From Vicugna vicugna (taxonomy: Eukaryota): a stretch of DNA of 64,000 nucleotides. The translations under genes were made by a program, and so were the position numbers. The notes beneath the pieces are model-generated. The model worked only from the letters and a program-made list of their open reading frames with translations, did not search any database and was not told the origin of the DNA. The DNA lies in the NCBI GenBank assembly GCA_013265495.1, contig MU057711.1, positions 186,001-250,000 of the forward strand. Direction: 5' to 3'. Shown piece after piece: positions 40,836-54,839 of this stretch (the first letter of the stretch is position 1; the number at the start of each line of letters is the position of its first letter).

Positions 40836-42990
40836 CCAGTGTTTCTTAATATTTTTGTTGTTTTTGCCCCCAAGAGGAGGAAAAACTAAGTTTTCTCTAA
40901 AGTGAGAAATTAAATACTAAGGAATATGATTTTGTCAGGTAGAGTTGAGCTTTCGAGGGTCACACCCAATTGTAACATCTGAGGGTTTGTTTTACTTCCA
41001 ATTTTTTTCACCCACTTAGAAATGCATGATGTTGGATGAAATTAAATCATTAATGAGAAATTTTACCCCTCCCCCCATCTTCTCCAGAAAAAGAAGGAAG
41101 GTAGTCCAGGAAGAGTTAAAAGGCTTTTTACTTGTTAGGATGGAGTAGAATGATAATTTCCAAACTCCTTAGTTGCAGAACTGGATATAAATGGTAGTTT
41201 AGTTTTCCTTACAGGGGTCATTAGCCAAAAATGCCTTTCCAGCCACCTATTACATCATTCACACAGTCTGTGCAGACTGCCTTCCTTGTGCCTCGCTCTG
41301 GTCCTGAAGTCCGTGTAAGAGGGGAAGAGGCAAGTGTATGGACTGTATATTTCAGAGGTTTGTCATAAGAGGAGGAAGGATGTAGATGGTTTCAAAGCTT
41401 TTAACTTGGAGACCTGACAAGTATAAAATATTTCCTGTAAGTGTTACAGAGTCTATGAAACTCCAAAGACCATGGAAAAGCTGAAGACACCAGGTTTTAT
41501 GAAAGTAGACCAGGGTTTTTAATATAGGCAGGTTTTCCTTAGGGAAATAGGCAAGGTAGCAAGAAGTTAGGCAAATTTAGGAGACCCTCACCAATATTTA
41601 AAGTTTGAAAAAAAAAAGTTTACTGTAGATATGTCCTTCTCTCTTGGATAGAGAAATTGTGGGATGTTTTGTGAAAACCTAGAGTGAATGCTCTGTTCTA
41701 TTTCTGTGAGGCCCCAACACCCTCCTTGGCTTTTCCTTCACTGAAATGTGCAAGCTGTTCTTGGCTCTGAGGGGCGGGTATCTCTCTGCTGGGACTGAGA
41801 TTGGAGAGGTCAGGGATTCAGCTGCAGCAGCCATTCATCGTTTGTGAGAGAAACTGGGTAGGCTGCTTCCTGGTCAACTCTTGATCAATGAGTTTGTTGA
41901 CTCTGGGCTTAGAGACTTTCCATTGACCCTAGAGAACAAGGAAGAATCACTTTAAAAAGCTGTGGTTACTTCTCTGATTTCTCAACCAGGTCTTTCCTAC
42001 TGTTTTCTCTCTTCGTGTAATTTCTCAAAGTTTCTAGTCTATTGTGTTTTTTTGTGTTATTATTGTGTCATTCTTACAGGTATATACATTATATTAATTA
42101 TGTGTGGTAGGGTGGAGGTGGGAAATATCTATTTGCCGCTTCAGAGGGCTGTTGAGATGAATATTAGGCAAGATGCATAATATTTGGTTTGTGATATTGA
42201 ACCAAACAAGATGACTAAATTAAAAACCCTGTAATCAGGACCAGTAGTCCACATAAGGTATTGTCTTTATTAAAATGAACAAACTTTTATTAAATAAGAA
42301 CTGATCATAACCTTTGCTTTCCATAGTAACTATTGAAAGCATAAATTTCATCAAATGTCTGAAATATTTGCATGGAAGCTGTGGCTCCTGACCCACTGGT
42401 TGGAGCCCGTCTCTAACTGTAAGCTTCGAGTTTATGAAAATGGGTACTTGTACTACAGAAAAGGCAAGAGGAAGATTAGAGTCCAGGAGTAATAGACTCG
42501 GGATGCTAGGTAGAGCTAACGTGAGACAGTCTCATTTCAGAACTGAGAAATACCTTTTTATCTCCAAAGTTTTAGACTTACTTAACATTTGACATTTTAG
42601 ATTCCAGATATTATCATCTACTATAAAACAGTGCTCTGTATTTTTCTTAATTCTTAAGGTACAAAGCCCTCATGAACAGTACTGGGTACATCATTGGAGA
42701 AATATAGTTGGAGCATTGTCAGGACTTAAATTTTTTTTCTGTACTGTGTCATGTTAGGTTCTCACTTTAGGATTTATATGAGAAAAACCAGGTGTACCAG
42801 AGTATTCACAGTAATGTTAATAATCATAAGAATTTCAGCGTATTAAAAAAGCATTGGTTGGCAAGTGTATGTTTGGATTTCAAATCCAAATTTTCAAATA
42901 TGTAATTATTTCAGATACCTAATTGTTCTTATTAATGTTTAAGGGTCCTGTTATGGCACAGGTACTTAGGTTTCACTTCTTTTCTTTTAG

Positions 42991-43106
42991 GTCTCTTTTA
43001 TTCAAAACCTTGTATTTTGTGTAGAAAGAGTTTACCGCGTTCCTGACTTCGGTGTCTGGGAAAGGGGAAGCAAATACAATAATGGCAGCACAGAGCTACA
43101 TTCAAG
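42991..43106 (+). CDS. PHKB: PHKB coding exon (about exon 7): [38 protein letters not shown](S)
   Basis: Acceptor tttcttttag|, donor AG|gtaatt, 116 nt, phase 0-2. Contains the GH15-like D-x-G-x-W-E-R motif. Confidence 0.97.
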
Positions 43107-43650
43107 GTAATTTTCTGATTTCAGTGTGTAGAGGTTTTGGGGTTTTTTTTTTTAATTTAAATGTATGGATTTGAGTATGAATAAAAATTGAAGTATTATA
43201 TTACAACTCCAGTTTCTATGTAATTTTTATCTCTTTTTTCTATATATGATGCAGGTAAAATTTGCTTAAAAGTAAAAAGTCTGCTCTCAGTGCCCATAAA
43301 CAGATGCAGAAAAAGAGCAGAGTGTCTTTCCCAACTTCCTAAGGTGTCAGTACATGCGTATCAGTATCCAGTCCAAGGTTTGGCCTTTCTGCTCAACCAA
43401 GTCATTGTCTTTTTCCTCTTTGAAACATGACACTGTTTGAAAGCTCAAGTACATTAAAATTGCCAAACACCAATTGTATATGCATTGCATGTAAAATTCC
43501 GTTTCATGTGACTGAGTTGATTTTTATCCTAATGAGAAATACTTAACACTCTTTATATTTTGTTTAACTAGATAGTGTAGCTCAATTAGTCTTATCCATT
43601 TCACACTAAAAGATTTAAGAATTTAAAGGTTATCAGCTATAGGTCAGTTT

Positions 43651-43700
43651 AGATCATTGAGACTTAAATGAAGTAAGATCATTGAGACTTAAATGAAGTA
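43651..43700. repeat. Perfect 25-bp tandem duplication
   Basis: agatcattgagacttaaatgaagta x2. Confidence 0.95.
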
Positions 43701-46700
43701 GAGAAACAGTTTAGGAAACACTGGTCAGGAAGAATCTGCTGTGTACCTTTTGGATAGAAGGACTAATCACACACAAAAATTAAGCTGGTGTAAGATATTT
43801 AGTAAACTGAAAATTGGCTCCAGATCGCTGGCTGTGTAATTTCTCTGTGCCTCAGTCTCCTCATCTATAAAATGAAAATAATAATGGTTTCTACTTTATA
43901 AAGCTGCTGTAATGATTGAATTAGTTATGTATAAAGCATTTTAACAGCTGACATAAGTAAGCACTGAAATGTAAGTGTGCTCACACATTTAGGAATGTTT
44001 TAATAACAAAGATTGAAACAAAAAGAGTTTTTCCTTTAGCTCTGGTCAACTAATTCACAGTTTGCTTTAAGTTTTATCATTCTTATGAAGCATTTTTATA
44101 ATATAAAGTGGAATAGCAGCAATCAGCAAAGAAAGTAAAGGAGAGAGATAATTTGTGGTAAAGTTAGTTCAAACATTAAACAAATTCTGGCAAGTACTAA
44201 AAATAGGAAGATAATGTTATATTTCAACTTTCATCTAAATTAAGTTCTCAGTAGTTCAGATTATCAGTCAAATTCCAGACAAAATTTATCTGATTAGAAA
44301 CAGTGATTTTTAAAAATTTACCTCAGTATTTATGATTTATCAGACCCCTTCTGTGCTTTTAAATAACTACTTAATACATGGCAGTGTGGTCCCACTGACT
44401 CTATTTTCAGTATAAAATATTTGGAGTAGGGTTTTTTCTGTTTATAAAAAAGATAGTGATATCAGAAAGAATCTTGTGTAAAAATTATCATTAACACTAG
44501 AAAGTGAGGGTTTTGGAAGATCACTAGTGGAAAAACAGAGGCTCCAGATTGTCTTCCGGTACCCGAGGTGCCAGTCTTTAAATTGAATCATTAAGGATTT
44601 TACTTCAAGGCTTGGAAGATGATTAAGTGATGTTCTTTGCTACTTTTTGCATGCAAAATTAATCTTAATTGTAGCAGGCCAATTTTATTCAAATGGATGG
44701 GAGAAGTTTGCCATTTAGATTTGGATGATGGGTTTTATACATTTAACATTGATCTTCTAATTTTCTGTGGGTTAGCACTTTTCAATTCCCAGAAGAACTT
44801 TAAACACTTATTTTCAAGTGTTTCTTAGCTCAGATCTCTACAAGTCTGTTTTAGATATGTCACCTCTGGTGCCAAAGTGGTCTATTTTGAAACTGTAAGA
44901 GACCCGAGCCCTATGGCACTCATGGATGCAGTCATGGCAGTGGTGGTAGGAGGCCAGTATCCTTTTGTGCTCATGCCTGGGTAGTGGAATGTAGGGCTGC
45001 TATCGGCCAGGGATAAAGTCACAACTCTTAGTCTGTTGCTGTGAAACATCCCAGAACTGTCTCTGCCTAGTTGGATCTGATCCAAGGATTTTTTAATGCA
45101 GTATCCTGGTTACATCCTTAAGCTGTTCTCAAAATTTCGGAAATCCTGAAATAGTATATAGTAACTCTTGCTGTGAGTACTCATCTTGCCTTTTGCCTTC
45201 TAGCTTTCTTTTTATCACTCTTCATCTCTGTGCCATTCTTAGCAGGAAATAGAGAGAGCACAGTTTAGCTGCTACACTGATGCTCACTAAGGCCTTGTGC
45301 TCAACTGACTTGGTAAATGTCTCTTCTTTCCCTTGCCACACTGGGCACATCCCTTCTAAACTGCAGCTTGAAAAAGAAGATTTCCACCCCTGGGTTCGCA
45401 AAACACACGCACATAGTATTCTGAGGATGCAGACTCACTCCCTCTTTAGCATCAGTGGTCCTCTAATAATTGCATTTGGGCACTGTACAGCTACAGAATA
45501 CTTCTTATTTAGGCCAGGCAGGAAACATTATTGCCTTTTATACAGGAGGAAACTAAAATTTAGAAGGTTTTGTGGTTTCCTCCCCTCCACTGCTTAGAGG
45601 ATATGAATCAATAGGTTGTAGAGCCGGAACTGAATTCCAGGTGATTCGCCTCCAAACCCACAATTATGTTTTACCTGTATCACACTGCAATTTAAAGTCT
45701 TAAAAAGTTTTCTTGAAGTTTGAAGGAACAGCAGAGTATACAATCTTGGTGAAATTTTGATAAGTTTCAAGGATATCTTTGCTTAGCAATCAGTAAAGCT
45801 TGATTCAGCTTAATACTTTGGTCAGTCCCTTCCTGATCTGCCCTTTTCAGCCCTTGACTTGCTGGTATCTTTTAGTCCAAATTCTTGAATTATTTAGCAT
45901 TTCTTAGATAACCTACAGAATTTTTTTTCTAAAGTGTGATCTCACTGCATTTATCTGAACCCCATTCTAGCAGCAACTGGAATCTTCCTTTTCAGGGGTT
46001 TGGTAAAAGAATTCATTGTTCTAAGTTTGGTATGATTGTCTTGAAATGCTTCCTAAGCAACCGTTCCCTGCTCGCCTGATTTTTCTGTTGACTGGACTTT
46101 CCTCAGACAACATGCTCCTGTCAGTTTCTTCTAGGGTGTATGGAACTATTTCAGATAATTCTCCTCTTTTCTTCTGTCTATTCTCTAAGTCTTTTAATAA
46201 ATTCCCTTGCATTTAAAAATCTTATTTGATTTAATTACATTTCCTCCATGTATCATGTTGGTACCTATTTGTCGTAACACTAATTCTTAATCCCCAGAAT
46301 TACATATCCTCCAAGTAGTCTTCTCAGCTGCCCCAAGTGTAATTCAAGTATTTTAATTTTAATATTTTCCCTTCCTCATTTAATGTAAGGATATTCTTAG
46401 CCCTTCGGGCTACCTTTAAACCAAACCTCTGTTTTGAAGAAGAGACGAGTCTTCTGTAAAGTGTAAATCGAATCCCAAACCTAACTGCAAATTTTTTGGT
46501 TATTGGAAAGTGAAAAGGAAAACTGTAATAACTTAGTAGTAATTTAGTAAGGTAGATATAGGCCCAAATGGAGAGATTATTGTTTTTTTGTGTCTAGTTT
46601 TGTTGTTGTTGTTTATAATCTTATATTCTTTTCTCTTGACTTTCCCAGTAAAGAAAGCAGTCACTAAACTATCAGATAAGTAACCATCGTAGCAGCACTT

Positions 46701-47905
46701 GGTTTCAGATGCTTTTCGTGACCCTTTTATTTCATAGAGTGCTTGTTATTTAAAGTGACTACTTAGTCTTCTTAAGTAATTTTTGGTATTCCAGTCATTG
46801 AGCTATAATACAAGCAACTGTTCATCCATTCTGCTTCATTTTGTGTATTTTTCTGTACTGAACAATCCATGAACATCCAGTAAAACCATAGTACTGTTAA
46901 GTCCCTTTTCTTTCAGGAGGTGTGATTGGGTAGCCCAGGAAGTTAAAGCATAGTGTTAATGAGCAGGATCTTGTGACTTTAATTCCCATGCTTGCTAGTT
47001 AATTTTTTTGATTCCATCGTGGGTTTTAAATCTCCTTGTCCAAATCCATCATCTTTTCTAGAAAAGCTTTAATTTATGCAATAAATCACGTTATTATAAA
47101 CTATCTCCCAAGTAAACATTAGTTTAGTTCTCTTCAGTGAGTGCTGAGGTAATACCTTGCAAGAATCTAATGTCCTCTTCTGAATGTTCTGTTGGCAGTA
47201 GTCACCTAATACTAATATGTTCGTTAGCTAATCATGGAATAATTTTCTGAGAATGTCTTGTGCCAGTGAAAAACTTAAAATTCTTACAACATATATATTA
47301 TGTTTGCCAGTAAATGTAAGATCACAAAAGGAGTGTGTTTGTGTTTCTAAATAGCTTGCCTTTGTCAGAGACTTAAATATAAATAACCAGTGAATGATAA
47401 ATTAATTATGTGTGAATTTCTGGTAAGTCCAATTATTCAATCACTTGCATTGGAAAAGAAAGTTAAAATGGTAAGAATTCAACCTTTACTCTAGTCCAGT
47501 GTTTGTTTTGTAATACTTTGTTTAGAAGACGATTTCCAGATTCATCCCTTAGCTGTCTTTTTGTACCATTTTTAAACATAGAACCTTGGGCTGGCTACCT
47601 TATGTATCTCCTCCAGTATAGAATTTCTTATGTATTTGCCTTTTGAATAAGTTATTTTCTCTCACTTCTCAAAATACTGCCAAGTCTTAACACACACCTT
47701 GTAAGTGGAAGTTTTCTTGTTACTTGGTTAAATGCGTGTGTTTGCACTGGGTGCTAACAGGGAACTCCTAGGGCATTGGGAACACATTCTTAAGCAAGAA
47801 AACCAGTTGACAGTGAATGTTTTTGCATGAACTGTCAGAGTATGTGACTCCCAGGGGTTCTTCTAACCCTTTGTTTCTAGGAATTTAGAATTCTTATACA
47901 GATGC

Positions 47906-48030
47906 TGTTAGGTAGTCCAAGCTCACACTGCTTTCTGCACAATAGGCCAATAAATCGAAAGACAAGTTGTTAGGAATAGTGACTTTTTTCAAAAAGCCAG
48001 CAAATGAGAAGACCGTAGACTATTCCCATT
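47906..48030 (-). mobile_element. Probable ERV LTR fragment (artiodactyl type)
   Basis: tgttaggtagtccaagctcacactgct...aggccaataaatcgaaagac...aagccagcaaatgagaagac resembles a recalled ERV1 LTR end. Confidence 0.5.
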
Positions 48031-48790
48031 GATTTTTGATGATCAGACTAGCCTTGTGTTCCTAGAATAAATCTCACTTGGTCAGTTATGGTGATAATTT
48101 TCACATATTGCTTAATTTTTTTTGCTAATTTTTTGAAAGGGATTTAAATATTTATATTTATGAAGGGTATTGCTCTACAGTTTTTGTGTATTGCCTTTGG
48201 TTTTGATATCAGGGTAATGCTGGGTTCATAAAATGGGGTAATGCTAGCTTTACCTGAATTCTGAAGTGTTTTCCTCTCTTATATTCTAGAAGAGATTGTG
48301 TAGAATTGGTGTCAATTTTTCAATAAATGTTTGGTAGAAGTCCCCAACTAAATCATCTAGGCATGGGGATTTCTTGTTTGGCCATTTTTAAATTGTGGAT
48401 TCAATTTCCTTAATAGTCATAGGGCTATTCAAATTATTTTTATTGGGTGAGTAGTGGTAGTTTGTGCTTTTCCAAGAATTGATTCATTCCTTCTAAGTTG
48501 TCAGATTTATGTGTGTGGAATTGTTCATTTTCTTGTTATCCTTTTGATGCATACAATGACTATAGTGTTAGCTCCTGTTTTATGCCTAGTATTGGTCATT
48601 TGTGTCTTGTCTTATTTCCTTGTCAATGTTACTAGAAGTCTGTCAGTTTTCATTAGCTCTTCAAAGAATGAAATATATTTGATGTGCAACAGTATGTAAG
48701 TTTTAAGTGTACAACAGTGATTCACAATTTTTAAAGAATATATTCCATTTATAGTTATTATAAAATATTGGCTATATTCCCTCATATTCA
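48031..48790 (-). mobile_element. Ancient L1M ORF2 fragment followed by a short L1 3'-end fragment
   Basis: ggttttgatatcagggtaatgctgg...aaatgtttggtagaa...gggctattcaaatt, then tttatagttattataaaatattggctatattccc. Confidence 0.7.
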
Positions 48791-48911
48791 TATATTTTAG
48801 AATAAGTTTCCCATCTATTTATTATCCTGTAGTAAAACTGATGCTTACTTGAGAACATTTCATGTAAATAAGCCATAGAAAATGTAAATCATAATGACAT
48901 CAGTGTTAGAA

Positions 48912-49064
48912 CAGTGGTTCTCAGATTTAGAGCACAGCAAGCACCTAGAGGGCTTGTTAACACTGACTGTTGAGCCCACTCCCAGACAGCAGTGAGAACT
49001 GGCAATTCTAACAAGTTTTCCAGGTAATGCTACTTCTCTGAGATCCACGCTCTGATAATCACTG
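48912..49064. mobile_element. hAT-Charlie MITE, MER5A-like
   Basis: Inverted ends cagtggttctca...tgataatcactg. Internal cacctagagggcttgttaa and ttctaacaagtt. Confidence 0.8.
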
Positions 49065-49874
49065 CTTTAGAGAAATGATGACAGGTCATTAATTTAAAAT
49101 AATATTAATGGAATATGAAGCTGCTTTGAATAAAAACAAAAAATTGAAATAATTAAAATAAAATTAGATCTAAAATATTTATAGGTTGATATTTATAAGA
49201 TGATGATGTCATATTTTTAAAGAAATTTTGGTCTACCCATTTTCCCCATTATTGTAGAGGCATTTGAGAGGCCAAAGGAGTACACATTTATTATTTTATG
49301 TTTATTATTATAAAAAGAAGAATATAGCAAAAAATGAGAAACATTGTGATCATTTGCTCTGTGAGGGTCCATTTTATTGGACCCTAAGCAAAGAGTATTT
49401 GAATGGGTATATTAAACTAAACTCCATGGTAATTGTATAATGTGCAATATCTTTTCTAAGGCTCCAAGTTGACGTCAGAAAAGCTCTTAATTGATCTGAG
49501 CTAATGATGCCCAACCTAATATTACTGTGCACATATCATAATACACCTTCCTCTAAAGTTCATCATTTTTCTTTTTTTCACTTGAGTCAGTGAATATGAA
49601 TGATACTGGAGTTAAAACTTCTCCCATCAATAGTATGACCATTTGTCTAGATCAAGGTGAACTTAGAAATATTTTTCCCTGAAGATCACTAACTATAAAA
49701 AAGAAAAATTAAAATAGTGAAATGTCAGACTGAAGTCTCTTAGACATTATTCTTCTTAGGGAAATTGTTATAAGTGTTAATGAAGAAACTTACTTTTGAA
49801 TATTCATCAGATAACGGTTCTTATTTTATAGCCAAATACATCTGAGTTATAAAGTGTTTCCTTTTCTCTTTTAG

Positions 49875-49938
49875 CTCTGTTGGCTTAGCAAAAGCAGCTT
49901 TAGAAGCAATTAATGGATTCAACCTCTTTGGCAACCAG
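49875..49938 (+). CDS. PHKB: PHKB coding exon (about exon 8): (S)[21 protein letters not shown]
   Basis: Acceptor ttctcttttag|, donor CAG|gtaaaa, 64 nt, phase 2-0. Confidence 0.97.
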
Positions 49939-50165
49939 GTAAAAAAAACAGCAACAGCAATGGCAGACTTTGAATATTTTTCCAGTTGCATGTTTAATTA
50001 GCTTGGCCATTCATTAACCAAGTCATTCCTTATGATCAGAGAATGTCTGAAATTTATGTAGCAGCCCATGGTTGAATAACCTTTCCTTTGAATATGATTT
50101 GCTGCTTAAATTTTAGTTTTCTAACTGAAAAAGATTGCTTAATTAAAAAAAAAAACTCTTAATAA

Positions 50166-50245
50166 AGAATTTGCATATTCCATGTTCAGTTGTTTTTTTT
50201 CCTCTAGAGAATTTGCATTTTCCTTGTTCAGTTTTTTTTCTCTAG
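50166..50245. repeat. Diverged ~40-bp tandem duplication
   Basis: agaatttgcatattccatgttcagtt...cctctag followed by agaatttgcattttccttgttcagtt...ctctag. Confidence 0.85.
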
Positions 50246-52147
50246 TCTTTCGTTAAGTCTTCACATTTTAAAATATTCCTGGCATTATATACTGTATATT
50301 TCCATGTCAGTTCCTTTGTTGGTGCCGATTTAATGTATATCAGTGTATATCACATGCGGAGGGGAATTTGCATAATGTGTGCAACCAAAGAATTAGAAAT
50401 TGTGATCCTAACTTAGCCCTCAACTGGCTATAATCACAGGTCTAAAATCTCATTTTCTTTGAGATAAAAGGGAAAACCTTGAGGGTTACCTTAAATTTTC
50501 ATAAAATCTTTAACCAGTTTCTGTACCTAATCAAGTGACATGGATTGAATTGTCAATGAAAGGGAATAATATGTAGGAATACAGGTTACTTCTCTGGATT
50601 GAGAAAGTAGGCTAATTTTCTTTACAATTTTTGTAAAGATTCCTAAAATGGAAGGGCAAAGGAAGTTTGCAACTAATATTAAAATTAACCTTAAGCTATT
50701 AAAATGCGAAGTCAGTGATGATACAGTTGAGGAACTTATGCAGACATGTAAAATATGACATGGATCTTGTTATGGCAATTCTAATACTATATACTCAAGT
50801 CTTAAATTTAAGCAAGTTTCAGGTCACAGTCTGGTAACATAACTGACTCTCTTCCCCCACCCCCCTTACTTACATAAACTCTCTTCTCACTCCAACTTCC
50901 CCTGAAGGAAGGACTCTGGTTAAATCTAGGATGTGAAGGATGAATAATGACCACAGACATGGAAAGGCTTGGGAAGAGGGGAGCAGCACCTCATTCTGAA
51001 TGCCCTAGAGGTGGCTCTAAATCACCCACTTCCACACTCTTCTTTTTCTCTCAACCTCTGGCTGGTGAAATGGAGGGATCAGAACTTGTGGGATTTGGAG
51101 GGGTGTGAGCCTACTGAAAATCATGAGAATTAATATTATGAATCTTCCGGGAGATTCTTGGTTTCTGTGGCACTGGTCCCTTAGGTTGCATCAGCATTTC
51201 TCTTTGGAAGAGTCAACATACTTGTGGAAATCCTGCATGTAACCTTCAATACCTTTCACTTCCTTTTTCCCCCTGCCTCACTCTCAGTACATTCATTTAA
51301 GTGTGTGTGTGTCTATGAGTATATGTGTATTTGTGTATAAAAATTTAAAGACTATTTGTATGTACATTAAATAGGTAAGGAAGAAAGGGGTGAGGGAGTG
51401 AGTAGGAGGATAATGTGGCATAAAGCAATGACACTGTATTCAGAGGCAGGAGGCAGGAGTCACTGTGTGCTCTGTACTTCCATCAATGAGCTTGCTGACT
51501 GGCTGGTTGTGTACCTAAGGCTCAGCTTCCTCATTAAAAAAAAAAAGAGAGAGAAAGAGAGAGAGAGAATAACACTAGGTGCTACCTCAGAAGGTAGTCA
51601 TGCAAATAAAAAACTTAGCATAGTGCTTGCCAAAGTTTAAACCCTCAGTAAGTGATATATCATGTTATTACTAATAAAGTGCTGGTCCTTTATTGGTTGA
51701 ACTGAAAAACCTCTAGAGAGTATCTCAAGGAGACTGAGAGGAGTCGTGAACTAAACCAGTAGTTAACAGCAGCAATGTGGAAGGATGCAGGTCTTACTCT
51801 TCTGCCTTCCATGGCATACCAAATAGTGAGCTGAATGGAGTTGCACGTCTAGGTCAGCTATTATAAAGTAGTGGTCAGCTCTTCTGCAGTTGTGCCATCT
51901 CCTTTGATCCATCTGAGTCTTGGTGTATGCTACTTACATATCTAGTATACATCTCCTCCACCTACATACATACTCACACACATACATGGTACCTTTCCTC
52001 ACTATGTATATTTCAGGGCTCTACCTTCAGCCTACTTTTCCCAGGAAACTTTCATAGATTTCTTAGCTGAACTTTAAAAACACCTAATTGCTTTACTATG
52101 CATTCTGATTCTGAGTTATAAATATGCTACTGATATTGTTCCCCAGC

Positions 52148-52323
52148 CATAATTTCTCAATCTTGGCTGCACATTGGATTTGAGGAGCTTAAAAAAAAAA
52201 TACTGATGCCTGGGAACTTCCCTTAGAGATTCTGACTTAATTATATAGGGGGAAGTCTGTGATGTTGAGATTTTTCTAAACTGCCCAGGAATTCTAATAT
52301 GTAGTCAAGGATGAGAGCAACTG
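52148..52323. mobile_element. hAT-Charlie MITE, MER5B-like
   Basis: ttctcaatcttggctgcacattgga...aaatactgatgcctggg...agagattctgacttaatt...ttctaatatgtagtcaagg. Confidence 0.75.
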
Positions 52324-54839
52324 CTCTCAGCAAAGTTAATTCTTAACTCAGTTTAGGAGTAAAATTTGAACTGTGAGGCTTAAAATATGCTCTTTAGATG
52401 CAGTCAGGATATTACAGCAGAGTTGTGATGATTTCAAGATATGGAAGATGAAAATAAAATATACAAAGTTAATCAGATACTCTGGAGTGACATATACATG
52501 TAAAACATCCTTTCAAATTCCTGTCTTTAATTGGAGAAATCAGGATACTGACAAATGAACAGAGGCCAGAATCTAAAAGATGATAAGAGAGATTGCTCAT
52601 ATTATGCAAAATTTTCAAAGCAGTGCAGACATATCTAGCTTCCTTTGAAATTTACAGACCTAAAAATGTGTCTGATAATTTAAAGTCAGTGATAATTAAT
52701 TCCATGTGTAGCTTCTCCTTGATGACTTTTTAAAAAATTTGCTTCTGAATAGGAAGCTGCCCATGGCCTTGGTGAATTTTATTCTTCTGTAAATCTGGGC
52801 CATATACTTGAAGCATAGTATGTGCTTTAAGATGACAGCCAAACAACATAGTTCAATAGCTTTTGATCTTAGTGTTAAAATATGGTAGCATTATGAGATT
52901 ATTTTTCCTTTTGCACATTTTTCTCAGAGGCTGGCAGAGGAAGAAACCTGAACAAATACTTTGGTGAACAGGATAGGTAATTTATTTATGGCCAGAAAAT
53001 AGAAGTTGACTCTTTATGTTAATTAAATAATGGCAAGAATTGCCAAATTTGCCATTTCACTTCATTATTTATAAATTACATTACTTAGATTGTATCTTTA
53101 AAAAAATTTAAGATAGACTGATTTGTTATGTATTTATTAATTATTAACTTTATTAATTATCAGCCTAAGGGCAATCTATAAGTCCTCTTATTTGGTGTAT
53201 TTGCTGACTCCCAATGTCTCATATGCATTCATTTCTCTGCTGTTTTGTTCTAACCACTCAACTTGCTCCCCCTTCCCCAAAATTCAGATCCTAGTTCTGG
53301 TCCTTGCCTTCTCCATCAGGTACCCCAAGTTCCCTGTTTTATTTTTCTCCTGTTAACTTGGTTTATTATTATTATTATTATTCATTCATCTAAGCCACTC
53401 ACCTGCTATGTAGTCATGGATTGCCACGTGCAGTCTTTTTGTTTGGTTTAGTATTCATCTCACTATAGAACTGTGTATCATCTGGGTCAGCTCCTTGAGA
53501 GCAGAGATCATGTTCTATCTTGTTTTACTCGAAGCAGAGGGCACATTTCTCTGACAGTGGCAGCTACTGCATGAAGCTTTGTTGGACTCAGTTTTGTGCA
53601 GACAGACAAGAAGTAGGGACTTTAAAATAATAGAAGCAGCAGTTTAACATTGATCTGATTGGGAGACAGCCTCACTCATTCCTTGTTCATTTGTTATCAG
53701 AGTTAAAAGCGATTTAAGAAATAATAAGAGAAATCATTCTATTTTATGAGCCAGTATTCATGCATGAACATGGGGTAATAGGAAAAATACACATATAGTG
53801 AGTCTGATATTTGGATCTAGCATCATAGTCCTACTCGATCTTAAATTTGTCAGGGTATTTTAGTTTCATGGTGAATGCATCTTGAAGTTGGTGAGAATTG
53901 GTATGAGTTTTAGAAGGTAATGAAGCAACATGAAATTTAGGATGGTTTTCTTCTTCCTTTCCCCATATATTTTTCTGAGAATCCTCTTGTAATGGAGGCA
54001 GTCATTATATTCCAACTTCATTCTCTGTGTTTTCAAAATATTCAGCTCAAAATAAAGCTATGTTTAATTAAAGACTACACTGTTGAATATGGAAAGCACT
54101 AATGGATAAGCAGTAATTTTTTTTAACTTGGTTAGCAGTCAAATTAACATTTTTTGTTACAACCTGTTTTCTTTTAATATTTTGGTTCTTGACAGATATT
54201 TTTTAGTGTGGGAAATTACTTAGCTTAGTGCTTAAGGTATGGCCTTCTGTATCAGAGACTTGTTTTTGAACCTTGCCTCTGTTAAACTAAGAGGCAGCAT
54301 CCTTTTCAGCATAATGGAGATAATAATATCTGCATATGGGAATTAAATGAGATAATCAATGTGAAGCATAAAACACGGTGCTTGACACAGTGAATATTAG
54401 CAATAATAATGTACATTACAGTTATTTGAGATCTTCCTGTCTTAATGTTTTAACCAAGTAGTTTTTTGTATCTGTAATTCTAGATTGTATCTAAATTCAT
54501 TTAGTTTGATCACATAATCAACATTCTTTATTAGGACTGTACAAATCAGATTCTGCAAATCCAAACCAGTTCTTCCTTTATTTCTTGTCAAACATGTTAA
54601 CCAAACTATTTTTTATTTTTATTAAAATAAAGGTCCATGATTAGTTAGCTTGTAATCAATACATTTTGATTTATAAGAAAGCTAAGGAGATCTAGGGAAA
54701 ATGTAAAAATATCATTTATTTTTTATGATTATAAAATTAACAGGTTAGTTTGCAAGAAATTTGAGAAATACTGAAAATACTAAAAAAATTAAAATTTCTA
54801 ATGCCACTCTCCGATTGCAACCATTGTTAGTATTTTTCT

